Source: Ascoidea asiatica JCM 7603
Taxonomy: Eukaryota; Fungi; Ascomycota
DNA: 64,000 nt
NCBI GenBank assembly: GCA_001600695.1
Contig: BCKQ01000001.1
Location: forward strand, 2,278,968 to 2,342,967
Direction: 5' to 3'
Shown here: positions 21,404 through 33,786 of the stretch, piece after piece
How the letters are laid out: every line of letters starts with the position of its first letter
How positions within the stretch are numbered: position 1 is the stretch's first letter
Translations under genes and position numbers: made by a program
The notes under the pieces: model-generated
Seen by the model: only the letters and a program-made list of their open reading frames with translations
Database searches by the model: none
Told to the model about the DNA's origin: nothing

Positions 21404-24400
21404 ATGTACAAGGTGCTGGTGAATCAGATTAATATATCTGTTTATGTTTTAAAGAAAGAACAACTAAGTTTGTCAAAATTATCTAGAATAAACATTAAAA
21501 CCCTGGTGTTATCAAGGGATTTCAGTATTGAGTCCTTTTCAAACTATTTCAATGCAAAAAAAATAAATGAAAAGCCTCTACAGCCGAGGAATAATAAAGA
21601 AATCTCAAAATCTTGGCTATTATCTTCAAAATCAATCAATCCCAATTTAACTTCTCATAATAGAATCACTGTTAATAAGAATGAAATAACTGAAAATATT
21701 CAAAATCCCAATCATATTGTAAATAATCAAAAAGTTAAAAAAAAGCAAAAGTTTAAAGAAAATATAATATTTTCAGATAAATTATTCAACGAAGTTTTAG
21801 CTTTTTTAAGAAAAAATGAATTTTCAAAAATTTTTCTTTTATTGAAAGACAGTTTAGTTGAAAAAAAACAGATTTTATCATTAAAAAATTTGATAACTTT
21901 GAACAATTATTTAATTTATAATTATAAATTATGCTCAATTCCAATTCAAATTTATAATTTTTACAAAAATGAAAAAATTTTATTTAATGAAATAAAAAAA
22001 TTTGAAAAAGAGATCAAATTTGTGTCTCAATTAATTCTAGCTTCTTCTAAAATTAAAGATTTCATTTATATTCAAGATCATTTATTGCCAATTTATTTAG
22101 ACTTCGATTATCAAATTTTAAATCGATCAATTTTATTAATTTGCTTTAAATCTATAATCTTTAATAATGATTTGAAATTATTTAATCAATTGTTTTATCA
22201 AATTATAATCTTAAATTCAAAATTAATCAATTCAAAATATAAGTCAACTTCAATTTTAGAAAAAATTGAAATAAAAGAAAAATTAAAACTTAATGAAAAA
22301 CTAAAATGTAATGAAAAAAAACTTAATGAAAAAATTGAAATTGAATTTAATAATATTAAAGATTCAATATATTCAAAAGTATGTTTAAAATATTCAAAAT
22401 TAAATCCAGATTTAACAACTCCTCTAATATATCATTATATTAAAAAAAATCCTTTGCTTCCTTCGTTAAATTTTCTAATTCAATCCTTATTATCAAATAA
22501 TATAAATTTATCATACAAAACTTTAGCAGATTTAAGTTTTCATTTGAATTCAATTTCTTCTCAATTTCAATCTGAAAATCAAAATTCAAATTTTTATACT
22601 GAATTGAAGAAAAGTGTAAATGATTATTTAAATTCAAAAAAAGATTCAAAATTTTTTTCAATTAATTATAATAATGAACTTAAAAAATTAAATTTATTTA
22701 ATGATTTATTAAATTTACCTAAAAACTATCAAATAAGATTAGATATTTCTTCAAGATCATCAAAATTTGATGAAGATGAATATAATGCTTGGGAACAAAT
22801 TATATACTTGAGAGATCAAATTTGGCTATCTTTCAAAAACTCCAAAAAATGGTATAATTATAAAATGAAAAATTTCAATATAATCAAAGATCTAACCAAA
22901 AAATCAAATTCGAGTGAAGTTAAAATAAAACGAATGACACCTCCAGAATTGTATTCTTTTTATTATGAGTTATTACTAATTTTTGTTAAAAGATCTGATT
23001 TTGAGAATATAACAAGAATAATTCAACTTAGTAAAGAAGATGAAATTTCCATGAATAAAGAATTGTATTTAATTCTATCTAAATATTTTTTAAATACTGG
23101 ATACTTTAAAGGATTATTATCTTTATTGAAAAATGCTTCTTCTATATCAGACAACGAAAATATTTACTCATCTATAAAGGCTCCAGATAAAGATATAAAT
23201 GATTTACAAAATGAAAAATTAAAGCAAAATCCTTTGAAATATGATATAAAATCTGTGATTAATTTATATAATTGTTTCAAAATTTCTTATCCATACCTTG
23301 TGAATGACTTAAATAGAGTTTTTTTACATTTAGCTGAAAAAATTCAGAAAAATGATTCAAAACATAAAGATATATTTAAATTTGTTAAAAATGAGATTTT
23401 GAAAATAGAAAATCAAGAATTACAGACTAATTACTTAAATATTGACAATGCTTACAAAATTGAGTCTCCAAACTATCATTTAGATAATGATTTTCAAGAT
23501 ATTAATATGCTATCATATAGACAAGGAGTTTATCCCAAATTTGAAGAATTATTCAATACTTTTAATATTCTAATGAATGAAGGAAATATTATAAAGGCTA
23601 TGAAAATTCGAGATTGTATCAAAGAATTACATTATTTGGATGATAATAAAAAAAAATTAGCAATGAATTATGTGTTTTTGAATTATGAACTTAAAGATTC
23701 AATAAAAAAAAATAATAAAAGAGATGAAAAAATTATAAAAATAATTGAAGATACAGAAAAAAAGATAAATATAAATTATAGAAAAAGAATAGAGAATGAT
23801 AATTTTATCGATAATACATGGGTTCATTATTATGATAGATATTATAATTTGGATAGAAAAAATTTAAGTAATAGTTATAATAAAAATTATAAGAAATTGT
23901 TTGAAGAATTTATCAAGTCAAATAATGATGAATTTGATTTTTTTGATTTTTTAAAAATTGCTTCATTTTATCATCATTTTTCAAGATATAAAGAATCAAT
24001 GGGTATTTTAAAAAAATTATTCAATTTTCCAAAAGTGAATGGAAATAGTAATTATGGCACTGAAAATGGATGTTTTTCATTAAAATCAACTGATTTACCA
24101 ATTCGATTATTAAAAGGTATTAAGATTTATTACTCATTAAGATTAAGAAATTGCATATTAGATAGAAATTTCAAGGAATTAAAAGATACTTGTGATGAGA
24201 TTTTGAAAATGAACGGATTATACTTCAAAGAAGAACGAAATGAAAATGAAGAAAAGGAGAAAGAGAAAGAGAAAGAAGAAAAAATATATCAAGAAATTTT
24301 TTTAAAACTCGATCCATTATTTTTGAAAGAGATTATGAGAATTAAAAAAGTTTTATTTAAAATAGTATTAAAGGAAATTCATAATGAAAATATAAGAAAT

Positions 24401-24598
24401 GAAAAAGAATTAAATGAATTTAAAGAATCTAAAGAAATGAGTAATTTGAAAATAATTGAATATCAAAATATTATTAAAAGGTATAATGAATTTGTTAAAA
24501 TATTAAGTGAATCATTAAATGAAGAAAAGCTTGAAGGATTAGTTTTATTGAATGAAATGATGAATTTTATTGAAAAATGGATGTTAATAAGTAAGTGA
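21404..24598 (+). CDS. Large helical protein, possibly a mitochondrial PPR-like RNA-binding factor
   Basis: ~1060-aa ORF with a basic presequence-like N-terminus and a PPR-like segment (YELLLIFVKRSDFENITRIIQLSKEDEISMNKELYLILSKYF). The gene is very likely real; the function is uncertain. Confidence 0.5.
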   Translation: MYKVLVNQINISVYVLKKEQLSLSKLSRINIKTLVLSRDFSIESFSNYFNAKKINEKPLQPRNNKEISKSWLLSSKSINPNLTSHNRITVNKNEITENIQNPNHIVNNQKVKKKQKFKENIIFSDKLFNEVLAFLRKNEFSKIFLLLKDSLVEKKQILSLKNLITLNNYLIYNYKLCSIPIQIYNFYKNEKILFNEIKKFEKEIKFVSQLILASSKIKDFIYIQDHLLPIYLDFDYQILNRSILLICFKSIIFNNDLKLFNQLFYQIIILNSKLINSKYKSTSILEKIEIKEKLKLNEKLKCNEKKLNEKIEIEFNNIKDSIYSKVCLKYSKLNPDLTTPLIYHYIKKNPLLPSLNFLIQSLLSNNINLSYKTLADLSFHLNSISSQFQSENQNSNFYTELKKSVNDYLNSKKDSKFFSINYNNELKKLNLFNDLLNLPKNYQIRLDISSRSSKFDEDEYNAWEQIIYLRDQIWLSFKNSKKWYNYKMKNFNIIKDLTKKSNSSEVKIKRMTPPELYSFYYELLLIFVKRSDFENITRIIQLSKEDEISMNKELYLILSKYFLNTGYFKGLLSLLKNASSISDNENIYSSIKAPDKDINDLQNEKLKQNPLKYDIKSVINLYNCFKISYPYLVNDLNRVFLHLAEKIQKNDSKHKDIFKFVKNEILKIENQELQTNYLNIDNAYKIESPNYHLDNDFQDINMLSYRQGVYPKFEELFNTFNILMNEGNIIKAMKIRDCIKELHYLDDNKKKLAMNYVFLNYELKDSIKKNNKRDEKIIKIIEDTEKKININYRKRIENDNFIDNTWVHYYDRYYNLDRKNLSNSYNKNYKKLFEEFIKSNNDEFDFFDFLKIASFYHHFSRYKESMGILKKLFNFPKVNGNSNYGTENGCFSLKSTDLPIRLLKGIKIYYSLRLRNCILDRNFKELKDTCDEILKMNGLYFKEERNENEEKEKEKEKEEKIYQEIFLKLDPLFLKEIMRIKKVLFKIVLKEIHNENIRNEKELNEFKESKEMSNLKIIEYQNIIKRYNEFVKILSESLNEEKLEGLVLLNEMMNFIEKWMLISK

Positions 24599-25178
24599 GA
24601 GATTATTAATGATGTAAATAGATATATAGATACAGTATATAGATTTATATAGTATAAGTAGTATATAAATGGTTTAATATTTTGTACTACAATTTTTGTT
24701 TGTTTTGCTTCAAAAGATATAAAAAGTAATAAAAACAAAAAAATAGAAAATTATTTATTTATTTATTTTTAAAAAAAAGAAATGAAAAAAGAATGAAATG
24801 AATTGAACATGAAATGAATTGAAGATGTGAATGAGAAAAATGAATTTGAATGTATATAGTACAAATCATAAATGAACTAGCCAGTTAGTTAGCTAAAAGA
24901 GCAGATAAAAAAGAAGAAAAAGGGAAAAGGAACTGTCATTAAAAGAATAAAAAAGAATGATTTTATAAAAAAAAATGATTTTAAGAAAGGGAATAATAAT
25001 CAAGATATGATAGTTAAGAATTCTTGAAATATTTTATGTATTGGAATGAGATTGACTGAATGAGATTATGAAAAAATTTTGATGTTTGACATTGTTTTTT
25101 ATTTGCAATTTGATTTATAATTGAGAAGATATTTACAATTGTAATTAACTGAATTTATCCTTAATATTATTTTTTAAC

Positions 25179-25409
25179 TCATTGATATAGATCTTTAACA
25201 TTATAAACTAATTTTTCAGTACCTAATCTACTTGGACATTGAGGACAACAATCATGAAGACAACCTGGGCAACTTGCACCAACTTTAAAAAAATTGTTAT
25301 TACATTTACCACATTTATGACAATCCCAAATATTACCATTTGAAATCCCATAAACCTTTTTCTTTTTTTTGATTACAGGATTATCAGCATTTTTGTTTTC
25401 TTTAGGCAT
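25179..25409 (-). CDS. 76-aa Cys-rich double zinc-ribbon-like protein
   Basis: WDCHKC...CPGCLHDCCPQC pattern, basic N-terminus, host-like codon usage and upstream TATATAAG (~25762). Confidence 0.75.
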   Translation of the reverse strand: MPKENKNADNPVIKKKKKVYGISNGNIWDCHKCGKCNNNFFKVGASCPGCLHDCCPQCPSRLGTEKLVYNVKDLYQ

Positions 25410-27105
25410 GATTATGGATATGATTAAGTGTTAATTGAACGTAGATGGATATGATTGAATTAGGAAATAAATTAGTAGATTGTAATAATTTTCGTAGGGA
25501 AAGGAATTGACTTGATTGAGTAAATTTATTAATATCAAATTTCAAGATTTTAAAATGAGACAAATCGAAGTTAACAAACTGAATAACTCAGTCAATGGGG
25601 AACTAGTTTACTACTGAACTAAAGATTATAAAAGGAGAGAATTGAGATATAAAGACAGAGTGCCTTAATTGTGAAATAATAAGTACTCTAAATAAAAGAA
25701 AGAAAGACAAAAAAAAAAAAAAAATCTAAGAGCAAATAAAAAGCAAGGAGAAATTGATACTTATATAAGCCTGTCTATACTACTTTACAAATTTATACAA
25801 AGCCGTTGTAAATTCAATTAATCAATTGCAGAAATAAAGAAACAAGCTGAAAGCTGAAAGCTGAAAGCAAGAAAAATAACAGAATTCTGGAATTTGGAAT
25901 TTCAGACTGCGACGTTCTCAGTCTGCAGCGTAGGCAGCCTCTCGCGCCACCCGGAGAAACCCAGAGCGGTGCGGAAGGGTCCGGGCTCTGTGCAGCGCGG
26001 CAGAAGACATCTTTGTCGCATACAAAGCTGCAGGCACTGCACAGCCGTGCAAAGTGTCTTGGTGCTTCGCCAAGACCCAAACGGTAATTGCACAGATTAG
26101 TGCGCTGCGGGTGAGCATAGATCCTTATCGCGGAACACTGAAAACCGGGCGTGCGAGGTGAAACGGATTTAGTTCGAATTTTGCGGTTCACTTTGTTTTT
26201 GAATTGAGGTGAATTGAGGTAAATTCTTCAATTTCCGGTATCAGTGCAAACACAAGCAATTTTCAAAGTGTAGATCATATGCGATCGGGCTTACCTTACC
26301 ATATTTCGCTCACTATCTTTTTGTCTTGTGTGTTCTCTTTTTTTTATGTCTCGGGCCCAAACAGATATTCTGAGAAAAGTAACTCAGATGCTGGTTTGCT
26401 TTTAGAAGTTTAGATATGATAAAGAGAGTGTAATATTGCTTGCTATGAAAATAAAGCTCTACAGGGCAACCCCAGGCGTTCACATGTTTTGTGCTGCTTA
26501 AAACTCGGGACCTGCGCCGCAAATTTGGTGAGAAGATATTGCGCGCCGCATTTCTCTTTTCCTTAAATTTATTGAGAATCCCAAAGTTTAGAGGCTGTGC
26601 AAAGAAAAATTATGAATCATTTGGCGTGTCAGTTTGGTCCTCTTTGGAAATAGAAGCAGCAATAATAATAGAAGAAAGAATAGAAGCATGCCGCTATCGG
26701 TGCAATTGTATTCCAACGCATTACGCAATTCTTACGCAACTCTTGAGCCCGTTCAAGTTACGTCAAAAGGCAATCGAAGTCTTTGCGGCCGAGGAGCCGG
26801 TCTTTTGATAATTTCCGGGATCACCGCTCGTGACTCCGCCTCAAATCCGCCTTAAATCCACAGCGCAGAAGTGAAAAGAAGAAACTGCACTATACTGTAT
26901 TTAGCTGTAATAATAGGTTAAGGGTTTTCTCTTTTTTTTTTCTAAATTTTTTTTTTGTCAAAATCAATTCACTACTTCAATATTCTAATGAATCAATTTT
27001 GAATCAATTTTCACAAGCCAAATTTTTCATTTGATCATTATTTGATTTTTCTATTTGATATTTCTATTTAATATTTCTATTTGATATCTCTATTAGTTAT
27101 TAGTT

Positions 27106-30100
27106 TCAATTTGCTTTCAACTTTTTATCTTCAATAAAGTATTTCTTGAACTCTTTCATAACATTTTTTCTTTTAGTCATTTGAATATAATTTCCATCTA
27201 AGTATTTCAATCGACAAAACAGTGAAAACATCCACTCTTCATAATAAATTCTTTTTTTGTATAATTCTAGGTTTTCTTTTTTCAAATTTTTTATAAAAAT
27301 TCCATCTTTTTTTTCCCATTCTTTCTGTAATTTTCCTTTAAATATACTATCATCTTTTTCATCTCGGATATTTTCTTCACCATAAATATCATCACTGTTA
27401 TTACTATTTTTTTTAAAATTACTACCCTCATTACTACTTTCATCATATTTACTATCTTCATCATCTTCACTATCTTCAATTATTTCATTTATCCTTTTTT
27501 TATAATTACTCGATTTAATTTTTAATAATCTATCTTTATCATTTTTATACAAATCAATTGTTAATGGATTGAATCTTAAATCTATTTTTTTTAAATATTT
27601 ACATCCTTTTAAACCTTTCACTAACTCTTGAAATTTTTTCAAATCATTTCCAACACAAAAAAATACTTCAAGACTTGGAAATGTAGCTGAAAAATTATCT
27701 TCAAGTTTACATAATCCAACATTACTAATATCTATTTGCTTAATACATGGATTAAAACAACTAATCTTATTCAAAGCATTTGAGATTATGAATTTTGATT
27801 TCGATTCTTTTACTTCTTTTAAATCTCCATATCTATTATTTATTAATATTTCTTCCAAATAATGACATTTTTCACTATTATTTAATTTTATATTACTATT
27901 TATTCTTATAACTTTAAGAAATTTATAATATTGTAAATCTATCTCTTTTAAAAAATTATTTCTTAAACTCAATTTCTTCAAATTTTTATTTATTATTTTC
28001 AAATCAATATTTATATTTTTTTTTTCATCATTTGAAAAGTAATTAAACTCTATTAATTTGTTATTATCTGCTTTGAATGTCCCTAATTTATTTAATTCCC
28101 CAATTCCATTGATTTTAGTTAGTTCATTATTACAAACATTGATTTCTTGTAAATGTTTCAATCCTTTCCATCTTTTCAAATTTAACTCTCCATTTAATTT
28201 ATTAAACCCTAAATCTAAATACATTAAATTCTTAAGATGTTCCAGCCCACTAATTCGATTTATATGATTAAATGAAAGTCTTAATTCTTTTAAATGAATC
28301 AATTTTTTAAAAATCAAAAAATTTTGAAGAAAGTTTTTAGATAAATCAAGATATTCAACATCTTTAAATTCAGATAAAGAACATAATCCATCTATCTTAT
28401 TATTTTTACATATAATAGTATCTATTTCTATTGGACAACCATCTAAAAAACATAAATCATTATTTGATATATCTAAAATTTTAAGTTGAGGCAATAAATT
28501 ACATAAATCAAATAAAGATGTTAATTTTTTATCACTTAGATTTATTTGTGTTACAAGATCCCAACTTTTATTTTGAGGTATTCTATCTGTAATTGATGCA
28601 ACAAGAGATTTTTTATTAATTGAAAAACTTGAATCTATCATAGAAATATCTGTTACATTTGGCATAGAATTTAAAGTTATTTGATTATTATTATCTAATT
28701 CTGAAGAATTTTCAATTATCGAATCTTCAATAGAATTATTTTGTTCACTATTGGGTATTGATGAAGAGGAAGATCCTTGACTATCAATATGATCAACAGG
28801 TAGTTTAAATGATACTTCAGGTTTTGGAAATTTAACACTTAATCCAGGAATTTGTCCATTTTTAAGAATAGATCCAAAACCAGAAAGTGGTTGAGAATTA
28901 TCAACTCTTCTATTAAATTCATTTCTATGATTATCATTAGAAGAAATTGAATTAATAGTAGTACTAAGAGTTTCCATTGAGTTATGTTCTTCATTTGTCA
29001 GAATATTTTGACTAGCAGTTGATAAATCTGCAATTGCATTCAAAGCAGAAAATTCATCATTTATAGAATATTCCGTTGAGTTACCAATATTTTGAATTTC
29101 ATTTGGATTTACTTTTATAGATTTTTTAATTGATTTTGAATTATTTTGAGATTTCATTTTAGGATCTTTTATCCATTTTTTCTTTTTGGGATCTAAAATC
29201 ATACCACTGATTTTTTCTGGAACAGTTATTTCATTTGGAGTAAATAATTTTATATCAATATTTTTTCTATGATTTTGACTATCTGTGTTTCTAAAATTAT
29301 CAATAAAATTTTTATCTACACTTTTACTTGAATTTTTGATTGAAGTATTAAACACTTTATTTTTATTATCATCCATGGAATTAGAATTAAAATTAGAATT
29401 ATTTGAAAAGGAATTTATTGGAATAGAATTCTGATTAAGTGCCAGTTCTTTTAATAAACGACTATTATCAGAGTTATATTGTTGAGAAAATATTGCAGAA
29501 TTTTTTATATAAGGTTGTGCTTGTAAACTCATAATTGAGGTTTCATTTTGAATATTTGAATTTGTCAAACTAGTATCCATGAATTGAGATTCATATTCTG
29601 GATAATGAGGTAATGGATGATTGTTATCATTATTAGAATTAAAATTAGAGTTATTTTCAGAAATATCATAATTAGAAGAAATATTAGAAGAAGTAAAACT
29701 ATTATCAGGATTAGAATCTTGACCTTGCATGCCATTATTTAAAACCAAATTTGATTGCATTTCACCTGAAAAACCAGGACCTCTCTTTATAACATTATCA
29801 AAAATATTATTTGCAAAATTCATATAATCATCAACATTTGTTGGACTTTTAAGTATATTATTATTTGAATTTTGATTTAAACTTAAAATTGTATTTGATC
29901 TTGATTTTAAAGGAGAAGCATCTAATTCATTTATATTACTTAAATCTGGTGAATAATTAATTTTATTTTTATTTTTATTTTTTTTAATGTTTAAATTACG
30001 TTTTTGAGCTTTGAAAGTATCATTATTTGGATTTGAAATACTTATAGAAGAATTATTATCAACTTGACCAATTAAACCATCAAATCTTTGTTGAGTGTAA

Positions 30101-30507
30101 GTATTATAACCATTACCAAATAATTTTAAAGGAGATTGTGAAGATTGAGGTATTTCCGAAGAAGTTAAAGAAGATTTTAATGAATTTGAAGAGAATGAAT
30201 CAGTAGTAGTTGTTCTAGTTGTTGAAGTTATAGTTGAAGAAGTTGGTATATTTGAAATAGAACCATTAGTTGAAATTGAAGAAGAAGATGGTTTCAAAGA
30301 TTTTAATTTTGGTAATGGTAATGGAGTAAAATTATTTGATTTTTGTTGAGAAATTTTTTTCCAAATTGGAGTATTTATTTCTTGAAGAGACTGATTTGTA
30401 AAATTAATATTATTTTTTATCACGGTTCCTTGATTTGAATCTAGATTGAAATTTAAATCTAATAATTTATTATTTATTTGATCAATATTATTATCGTTAT
30501 TATTATC

Positions 30508-30549
<42 letters not shown>

Positions 30550-31131
30550 GATTAGACTTTGATTAGTTGTACTTGAATTTATTGGATGTTTTATTACTGA
30601 ATTCATTAAAGAAAAATCGGAGTTAATCAATTTTGATTGATTTTTATCAACAATTACAGTATTCGTATTATTATTGAAGTTATTATTGAAATTATTATTA
30701 AAGTTATTATTGAAGTTATTTAAATTACTATTATTATTATTATTATTATCAGAAAACCATTCCTGATCTAATTCATTTGGCATCCAATTTGGAGTTTTAG
30801 AGATATTGTTATTATTATTGTTATTGTTATCAATTGAATTATCATAATTACCAAAATTATTATTAAATTTATATTTTGAATTTAATAAATTTTTTTTTGA
30901 AAAATTATCAAATTTTGGATAATTTTCAGGCAAAGTTTCTAAAGTATTTAAATCTCTTGGATATAAAATTTGATTTAAATTTGTACTTATATTTCTTGAA
31001 TCTTGAATATTTTGATTTTGATTAGGGATCTGATTTTGATTAGAATTCAAATTTTCATTTGAAATTGAATTAAGTCTTAATTTTGAAACATCATTAGTTA
31101 AATTATCTATAACTGAATTTGTTAGAGACAT
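27106..31131 (-). CDS. NUD1: Spindle pole body LRR scaffold Nud1/Cdc11 (centriolin-like)
   Basis: SPLKLFGNGYNTYT motif, GMILDPKKKKW, and a C-terminal LRR array ending IDLRFNPLT...LKYLDG. Confidence 0.88.
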
Positions 31132-31813
31132 TTTAATTTAAGTTTCATTTGAATTTGAAAAGAAAAAAAATTTATAATGGATTGATTTGAACTAGGAAAT
31201 TATATGATGAAAATAAAATGATATGAAGTGAATTGAAATAAAATTAAACGAGATTAAACGAAACGAAATGAAGTGAAATGAATTTATAATATAATATGAT
31301 ACAATACAATAGAATAGAACTCGATACAATAAGATATAATGCAAAACAGTATAAATTAGATTAGTATGATAAAATGAATTGAATTGAATTGAATTGAATT
31401 GAATTAAATTGAATTGAAATGAAATAATAATTATTCTACAAAAATTTAATAATGTAAACAAAGTTTCCTAGAAATTGATAAAATTGATACCTGATAAAGA
31501 ATAAAATAAAGGAAACAATAAGGACTAAATTTATGGATATTACGATATTAAGATATAAATATGGAGATTTATTAGAATTAAATTATAATATCTTTTAGAT
31601 TAAATTATCTTTTAGACTAAAGCAGTTAAACAATAAAACAATAAAAGTATCATTATTGTTGGAAGTGATACTGAAATAAATTGAAAGTGGTTGAAAGTGA
31701 AAATGATTATTATTGAAAATGATTGTTTGTTATTCTTTTACTGCTTTTGTGCACTCCGCGGGTCCGGGCTGCAGAAAAATATCCATGGCCGCGGAAGTAC
31801 AACCCATTTCGGA

Positions 31814-33151
31814 TCATCCAGCCATTTTGGAATCTCCGTCGTCGTCTGCTGTTTCAACTGCTTCAACTGCTTCAGATTCCTTTGGTTCCTTAGCTTCTGC
31901 CTTGCCCAGAGTATCATTGTCAGCATTATCACCATCATCATCAGTGTTTGCTAACTGAAATTCTGGCTTAGTGGCGTTCAGTGGCTCAAGATCCTCATTT
32001 CCAGCCATTACAACATCTTCTTCTGCCTCTGGAGAAACATTTTTTTCTTCATCCACTTCATTATTCATAGAATCTTTATCTTCAACCACTATATTTTCAT
32101 CATTTTTTTTATTTTTAGTATTGGCATCAACATCAACATTCAAATCAGTTCCCCTTTCCATTTCGTTTTCGTTTTCATTTTTTTTAGATTTTGAACTAGA
32201 TTTTGATTCTTCATAAGATTTTGTAGTAGAAATTTCATCTTTATTATCATTATTATTACTATTACTACCATTTTTTTGAATATCATTATCGTTTTCCTCA
32301 ACCGAATTTATCCGGCTTTCACCATTTACACGATCATTGTTTTTATCTTTTGGCTCTTCATTTTTTGGATCTGAATTTGAATTGGAATTTGAATTGGAAT
32401 TTGAATTTGAATTTGAACCTGAAAATCCAGAAATCATTTCACCACCAACTGCACCTCTAATATCAGCAGCTGTTAGACCTTCATCTTCATAATCTTCATC
32501 ATCATTATTATTACTACTGTTATTACTATTACTACTACTATTATTATTATCTAATTTATTTTTATCATGTTTTTTATCAATTCTTTTTCTTTTTACAATT
32601 ATATAATCATCCAAATCAATTAATTGATCATCTGATGGAAAATTAACTCCATTATAATTTTCTTCTTCATCTTCTATTATATATTCACTTTCTTCAAATA
32701 CCCAAGTTCTTAATTTAAATTTATATTTATTATCATCTTTTTCAAACTCCTTCTCTTCCTTATCATCATCCTTATTGGTATTATTATTATTACTTGTATG
32801 CTTATTTCCATTTTCACTTGTATTGCTATTGTTTATACTATTTTTATTTTTATTATTAAGATCAATATTATTTAATCCTAAGTTTAATGTATTAGGTAAT
32901 TTTAGATCTTGAAATGGCTTTTTAGGAGAAACATATGATATTTTCCATTCCATTTTAGTTTTTTTGATAATATTTTTATTATTATTTTTTTCAATTACTT
33001 TATTTTCGTTCTCATTATTTGCAATTTCATTTAAATCTTCATTTTGATTGTCATTTTGAATTGTATTTGCATTTGAATTAATTGCTAAAGAATAATTACT
33101 TGCATTTCTTATTAAAGATTGACCATAAAGAGTATTCTTTTGATCTGTCAT
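31814..33151 (-). CDS. RTT102: Rtt102, SWI/SNF and RSC Arp-module subunit, with low-complexity expansions
   Basis: QSLIRNAS, EWKISYVSP, KYKFKLRTWV, LIDLDDY and LTAADIRGAVGGEMISGFS parallel the yeast Rtt102 blocks. Confidence 0.85.
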   Translation of the reverse strand: MTDQKNTLYGQSLIRNASNYSLAINSNANTIQNDNQNEDLNEIANNENENKVIEKNNNKNIIKKTKMEWKISYVSPKKPFQDLKLPNTLNLGLNNIDLNNKNKNSINNSNTSENGNKHTSNNNNTNKDDDKEEKEFEKDDNKYKFKLRTWVFEESEYIIEDEEENYNGVNFPSDDQLIDLDDYIIVKRKRIDKKHDKNKLDNNNSSSNSNNSSNNNDDEDYEDEGLTAADIRGAVGGEMISGFSGSNSNSNSNSNSNSNSDPKNEEPKDKNNDRVNGESRINSVEENDNDIQKNGSNSNNNDNKDEISTTKSYEESKSSSKSKKNENENEMERGTDLNVDVDANTKNKKNDENIVVEDKDSMNNEVDEEKNVSPEAEEDVVMAGNEDLEPLNATKPEFQLANTDDDGDNADNDTLGKAEAKEPKESEAVEAVETADDDGDSKMAG

Positions 33152-33786
33152 TGTTTCCTTTTTGTTTCTTCTTCTTAATAGTTATATCAATTATTTCACT
33201 TATTTAGAATAAATATCATTAACTCAAATATCAAGCAATATTTTCATCATTGATGCTAATGCTAATGTTAATGGAAATCACTTTCGCGTCTTCTCCGAGC
33301 AATTTCATCTTTTCATTTCGATTCTTAGTTATTTAGTTGAAAAATATAGCACGTGATTTGAAACAAGCTATCCGCAACTATGGTCTCATTTTTTATTTTA
33401 TGCTACCCAAACGTATACTCATGCATTTAAATGCCTGTCGATAAAGGTATTGTTGGAACCCACACGACTGGATTTAGTTGGTCTCTTACACTTAAAGCCT
33501 ACACCCGGTAATTAAAGGTTGAAATGAATTTAGTAATCTTTTACTGTTGATTCTTTATATTTACTTGCAACTTTACACTACCATACTAACTACAGTACTG
33601 CACTATTGCTTAATTAAGGTATACTATTTATTGCGAATAAAAATTTTTGAATAAATTATTATATTATTTCCAATAGCATTATCTATAAATATAACTGCTT
33701 AAATAACTAATCTGATAAATAGTTGAAGAAATCAATAATTAGTTAAATATTAAAGGAAATAAACAAATAAACAAAACTACATCAAA

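Noticed and set aside
25814-26855. Cluster of short overlapping ORFs in the GC island
   Set aside because: Mostly non-ATG starts, codon usage unlike host genes and no recognisable motifs; stop codons are rarer in GC-rich DNA
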